In this document: positions 60,483 through 64,000 of the stretch, piece after piece
Layout: every line of letters starts with the position of its first letter
Numbering within the stretch: the first letter of the stretch is position 1
NCBI GenBank assembly: GCA_003971905.1
Contig: RSEE01000041.1
Location: forward strand, 62,001-126,000
Direction of reading: 5' to 3'
Source of the DNA: Moniliella sp. 'wahieum'
Taxonomy: Eukaryota
DNA length: 64,000 nt
The notes under the pieces: generated by a model
What the model was told of the DNA's origin: nothing
Database searches by the model: none
Seen by the model: the letters and a program-made list of their open reading frames with translations, nothing else
Program-made: the position numbers and the translations under genes

Positions 60483-63400
60483 CTACGGTTCGTCCGGTGA
60501 GGAAGAAGCCGGCGGCAAGGGCCCCGGCACCGGCATCGGCATCGGCATCGGCAAGGGCAAGGGCGCCGGCATGGGCATGGCGGGTCGTGACAAAGTAGGA
60601 TGGGCGGAAGAACTAGCGAGCTGAGCTACGCGACGCAAAGCTCGTAGCCAGCCCGGTTCAGCCGAGAGAGCTGGGGTAGTGGACGCAGGTGCAGGTGGTG
60701 GGGGGCCATTCGTACGGTCCAGGCTGCCCGAGAGAGAGGCGAGGGTCGAGACGGATCCGCGCGACGGAAGACCACGACTTTGGTCCGAGTCGGTGGAGGC
60801 TAACGACGCAGCGCGGGAACGTAAGGGCGCGGTGCCGGTGGAGGTAAACGCGGGGGTAGAAGTGGAGGTAGAGGTAGACGCCAAGGCGGAAGCTACGAGG
60901 CCGACTCCAGAATTGGGTGACCGAGCCGGAAGAAGGGCTGGAGAGGGAGGGACAGAAGGGCCGGGGCCTGGCCAGCCTGTACCGTGAGCAAAGCTGAAAG
61001 CGCCGTAGGGCTTGGCCGGGCCCGAGGGAGCGAGGGAGAACGGGCAGTAGGCGCAAGGCTGGCGGCGTACTTGTAGGTATACACATACAGCGGACTGGAT
61101 CCAGGTGCCTTGCGCAGGGTGAAGCCCGGTGGTGGTGGGGCTGGAGGGGTGGGCATGGGCGGTACCGGTTCGGCTGATAGTTTGCGGTGCGAGCGGAGAT
61201 GGGTGCGGGAACGAGAGCGGGTGTGCTGGCGAAGACGAGAATGGGACTTGCGCCGGTTGGAGGTGGAGTTGGAGTCGGGGGTGAGTGGAGCGTGGGACCG
61301 ATCGGTCGAGACCGTGTCGACACTGGGAGGGCGAAGGTGCTCGGAACCAGCCCTAGCCCTTGATCCCCCTTCCAAGCCAATATCTCCATTGGCCTTGGTC
61401 TTGCCCTTGGTCGAGCCCTTATCCTTGGCTGCCGTTGTCGGTGGGACAGACGAAGAGGCCGCCACGTTCATAGGCGAGGCCCGCCACTGAGCAAATGGAT
61501 TCTGGGCCAGGGCCGAACGGGCTCGCATTCCCGAAGAAGAGGCCAGCAGCCCATGCCAGTCAACCGACGTAGGTCGCAAACGCGCCACAGGCGCAGGCCC
61601 CTTGGTCGCCAACGCAGGGGCCTCGGCGGGAGGAGAAAGAGGAGAGGCGGAGAGGATCTTTCGTCCACCGGGGCAGGCACGTCGGCATGTTCCGACGTCG
61701 ACCCATCCATCGCTGGCATAAGGGGCAAGTTGCTCCATGGGCACATTCAGCTTGGGAGGGGTCCGCATCGGGGCCGATGGAGTGGCGGGACCGAGTACAG
61801 TGCCCGTTGTGGCAGATTCCACCTCAGTCGTGCTGGGGAATAGGAGCGTCGAGGCCGTCTCTGACACGGCGCGCTCGGTCCGCCGAGGCGACTGCTTTTT
61901 GGGCGACGCGCCGCGAGGCTGAGCAAAGGAAGGGTAGTCTTGTGGCACCTTGGCGGGGGAAGACTGGTGAGGCGGAACGGCAAGGACATGGGCGACCCGT
62001 CCAAAGCCACGCAAATTCATGTCTCCTTGCGGGTGGTAGGGTCCTGCCGCTGCTCTTGCAGACGCTCTTCCTCTGCCCGTTCGTCCTCCGAGTCGTCCAA
62101 ACCAGACGAAGAGTGAGACGAGGTCTCTGTATCGTCAAACGGATTGTGCTCCAGCTGGAAGGGCAAACTTGTCGAGGGCTGAACCATGCCCACTTCATCT
62201 CTCCTCCGAAAACCAAGAGCTGCCAGATCCATCCGACAAGTCTGCCTCCTCGTCGGACAAATCCACCTGATCGAAAAAGGCATCGTCATCGGTATCCCAC
62301 TGATTAATGTCAGCAAGGCGGGCAAGCAAATCGGCCGACGAGTGGGACGTTCCCGATCCGGGGTGTGCACCGAAGGAGGTCCAGGCCGACGCCAGACCCA
62401 GGAGCATAGACGTGGGTGGACGGGAGCGCCACCGGTCTCTCCAACGGGGTCCGGACAGAGTTGGCTCGCGACCTTGCTTCCTGGGGAGATGCCGAGGGAG
62501 ACCACACACCGCCCTGACTTGGGAGCGAGAGGAGACATTGCGGAGCCCGCCGAGCCCGAGCGGCTGAGGCGGGTAGATCGGTCCTACGTTTGGTCGGGGA
62601 ATACGGGGAGGGATCGGGATTGGCACCGCGCCTGGTCCGTCCTCTTTGGCCGGGGTAAGGCCAAGGGCGGGATCGGGTGCGCATCCAGACTCGGCCCAAA
62701 GTCCCCTGACATCTCGGGACTCTCCGCAAACAAGTCCAATCCCGACTCGGGCGGGCGCCGCTGGGGGGGAAGAATGCGAGCGGGCACACGCTTCGAGGGC
62801 GATCGGGTCTTGCGGGAGAGCGAGGCCGGAGGGGGAGGACGAGAGGCGTTTGGGCGGAGGGGATATAGCAGGAGGAAGCGCAAGGGCCGTCGGAATAGGG
62901 GAGCAGCACTTCGACAAGCGTCGTGCTGCAACCTTGGTTGGACAGATAGGGCGGAGTTGGATGCGCACTTGACGTCGAACGCACTGGAAGCACGGGCTAT
63001 GCCTGTAGGTGCGACCTTTGCGCCTACTGGGAATGCGGGCAGAGCGGTCCAATACCGCACCGGCCACAGCCCGAGCAGTCGTCTGTGCTTCGGTCGCATG
63101 GCCAGCTTGGCGGGCAAGACGCTGCAGAGCGGTCAAAATCAGTCGGGAACGAGCGATCCAGCGTTGCTGTTGGGCGCCTACCAACACGTGGCGTACCGCC
63201 CTGTCGACATGGTCCAGGACAGGCTCCTCCAGGTCCTCCACCACATCGTCCGGCCACTCTCTCGTCCTCCTCCACGACTTCTGATACCATCGACAGAGAG
63301 ACATCCTCCTGTTGTTCGGGCGAGGCCCGAGGGTCCAACGGCGCTGCTCCCAATGGCTCCCCCAAAGCTGCAGCCAGCTCGGAGCCAAGGTCGTTGCCAT

Positions 63401-64000
63401 GACCATCGTTTCTACGCCCACGGGCGAATCATCGTCAGAAGCCATAGGCGAGTCGAGTTCAGGTTCTGGTGGAGCAGGTGGCTCCGTTTCCTGGTTGGGC
63501 AGTACCAAAGGCGGGGGGGTGGCTGCAAGGAGGGCCGTTCTCAGGGCACACTGGAGCAGTTTATGGGTTTTGCGCATGGCCTCAGCACGAGTAACGGGTC
63601 GGCGTTGTCGCTGTGGGGGTGAGGACCGATGCGAGGGGAGAGCAAGGTGTGATCGCGATCCAAAGTGGGGGCTGTCCGGCACGGGCCCGGTGGGGCTGGG
63701 CCCAGACGGCGGACAGGAGTAGCCAAGATGGCCGGAGTGGTATCGACTTCGAACACAGGTCGAACGGCAGGGGAAGTACGGGTGATGGCGACCGGTCCCG
63801 ACAGATCAAATGTGGGCGAGGGATGGAGGTGGGGCTGGAGGAAGAAGGGGTGGCAGCGGTAGAGGCAGTGGCGGTGACGCGTGCATGGTCCTGGGTCAGC
63901 TGGCGAAGCTTGGTACGCAGCTGAACCTGGGTTGCCAGAGCACGTTCCTCGGCCTGCGTGGCCATGGCTTGCTGGGCCTCGAGCTCGCTCTGGAGATGGG
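60483..64000 (-). CDS. Large hypothetical Ser/Pro-rich protein, 5' end probably beyond the window
   Basis: Chained minus-strand ORFs 63965-63582, 63682-62195, 62020-60893 and 60884-60483, with coiled-coil-like and acidic stretches. No family recognised. Confidence 0.55.

Noticed and set aside
62186..63622. 478-aa plus-strand ORF
   Set aside because: Antisense shadow of the minus-strand coding chain in GC-rich DNA.
1..64000. CRISPR arrays, rRNA, tRNA or prokaryotic defence operons
   Set aside because: The sequence is eukaryotic; repeats are simple tandem units without unique spacers, and no RNA gene structure was recognised by eye.

Overview
Eukaryotic (fungal) genomic DNA, most consistent with a GC-rich basidiomycete of smut-fungus type (Ustilaginomycotina; inference from gene content, intron-poor genes and GT..CTRAC..AG introns). 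It looks like an unpolished long-read assembly: even ribosomal protein genes carry 1-nt frameshifts, so gene limits are approximate. Recognisable genes: a possible F-box/RCC1-like (Saf1-like) protein, an SDR polyol dehydrogenase, Ric8, Cox20, Nup160, a secretory lipase, a JmjC (JMJD5-like) oxygenase, an Scw1-like RRM protein, mitochondrial uL22, a Zn(II)2Cys6 factor, an NYN/MARF1-like RNase, and a head-to-head eL30/eL37 pair. Mobile and decayed DNA: a 5'-truncated CRE/Cnl1-like non-LTR retrotransposon, an internally deleted Copia element with both LTRs, a separate Copia integrase fragment, possible solo LTRs and a collapsed eIF5 pseudogene. The most unusual signals are (i) a ~5-6 kb low-GC island (about 3.8-10.3 kb) with an unidentified, intron-dense minus-strand gene-like architecture unlike the host genes, and (ii) a recurring intergenic motif of period-7 'TCA + 4-bp palindrome' arrays. 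No rRNA, tRNA or CRISPR array could be supported.
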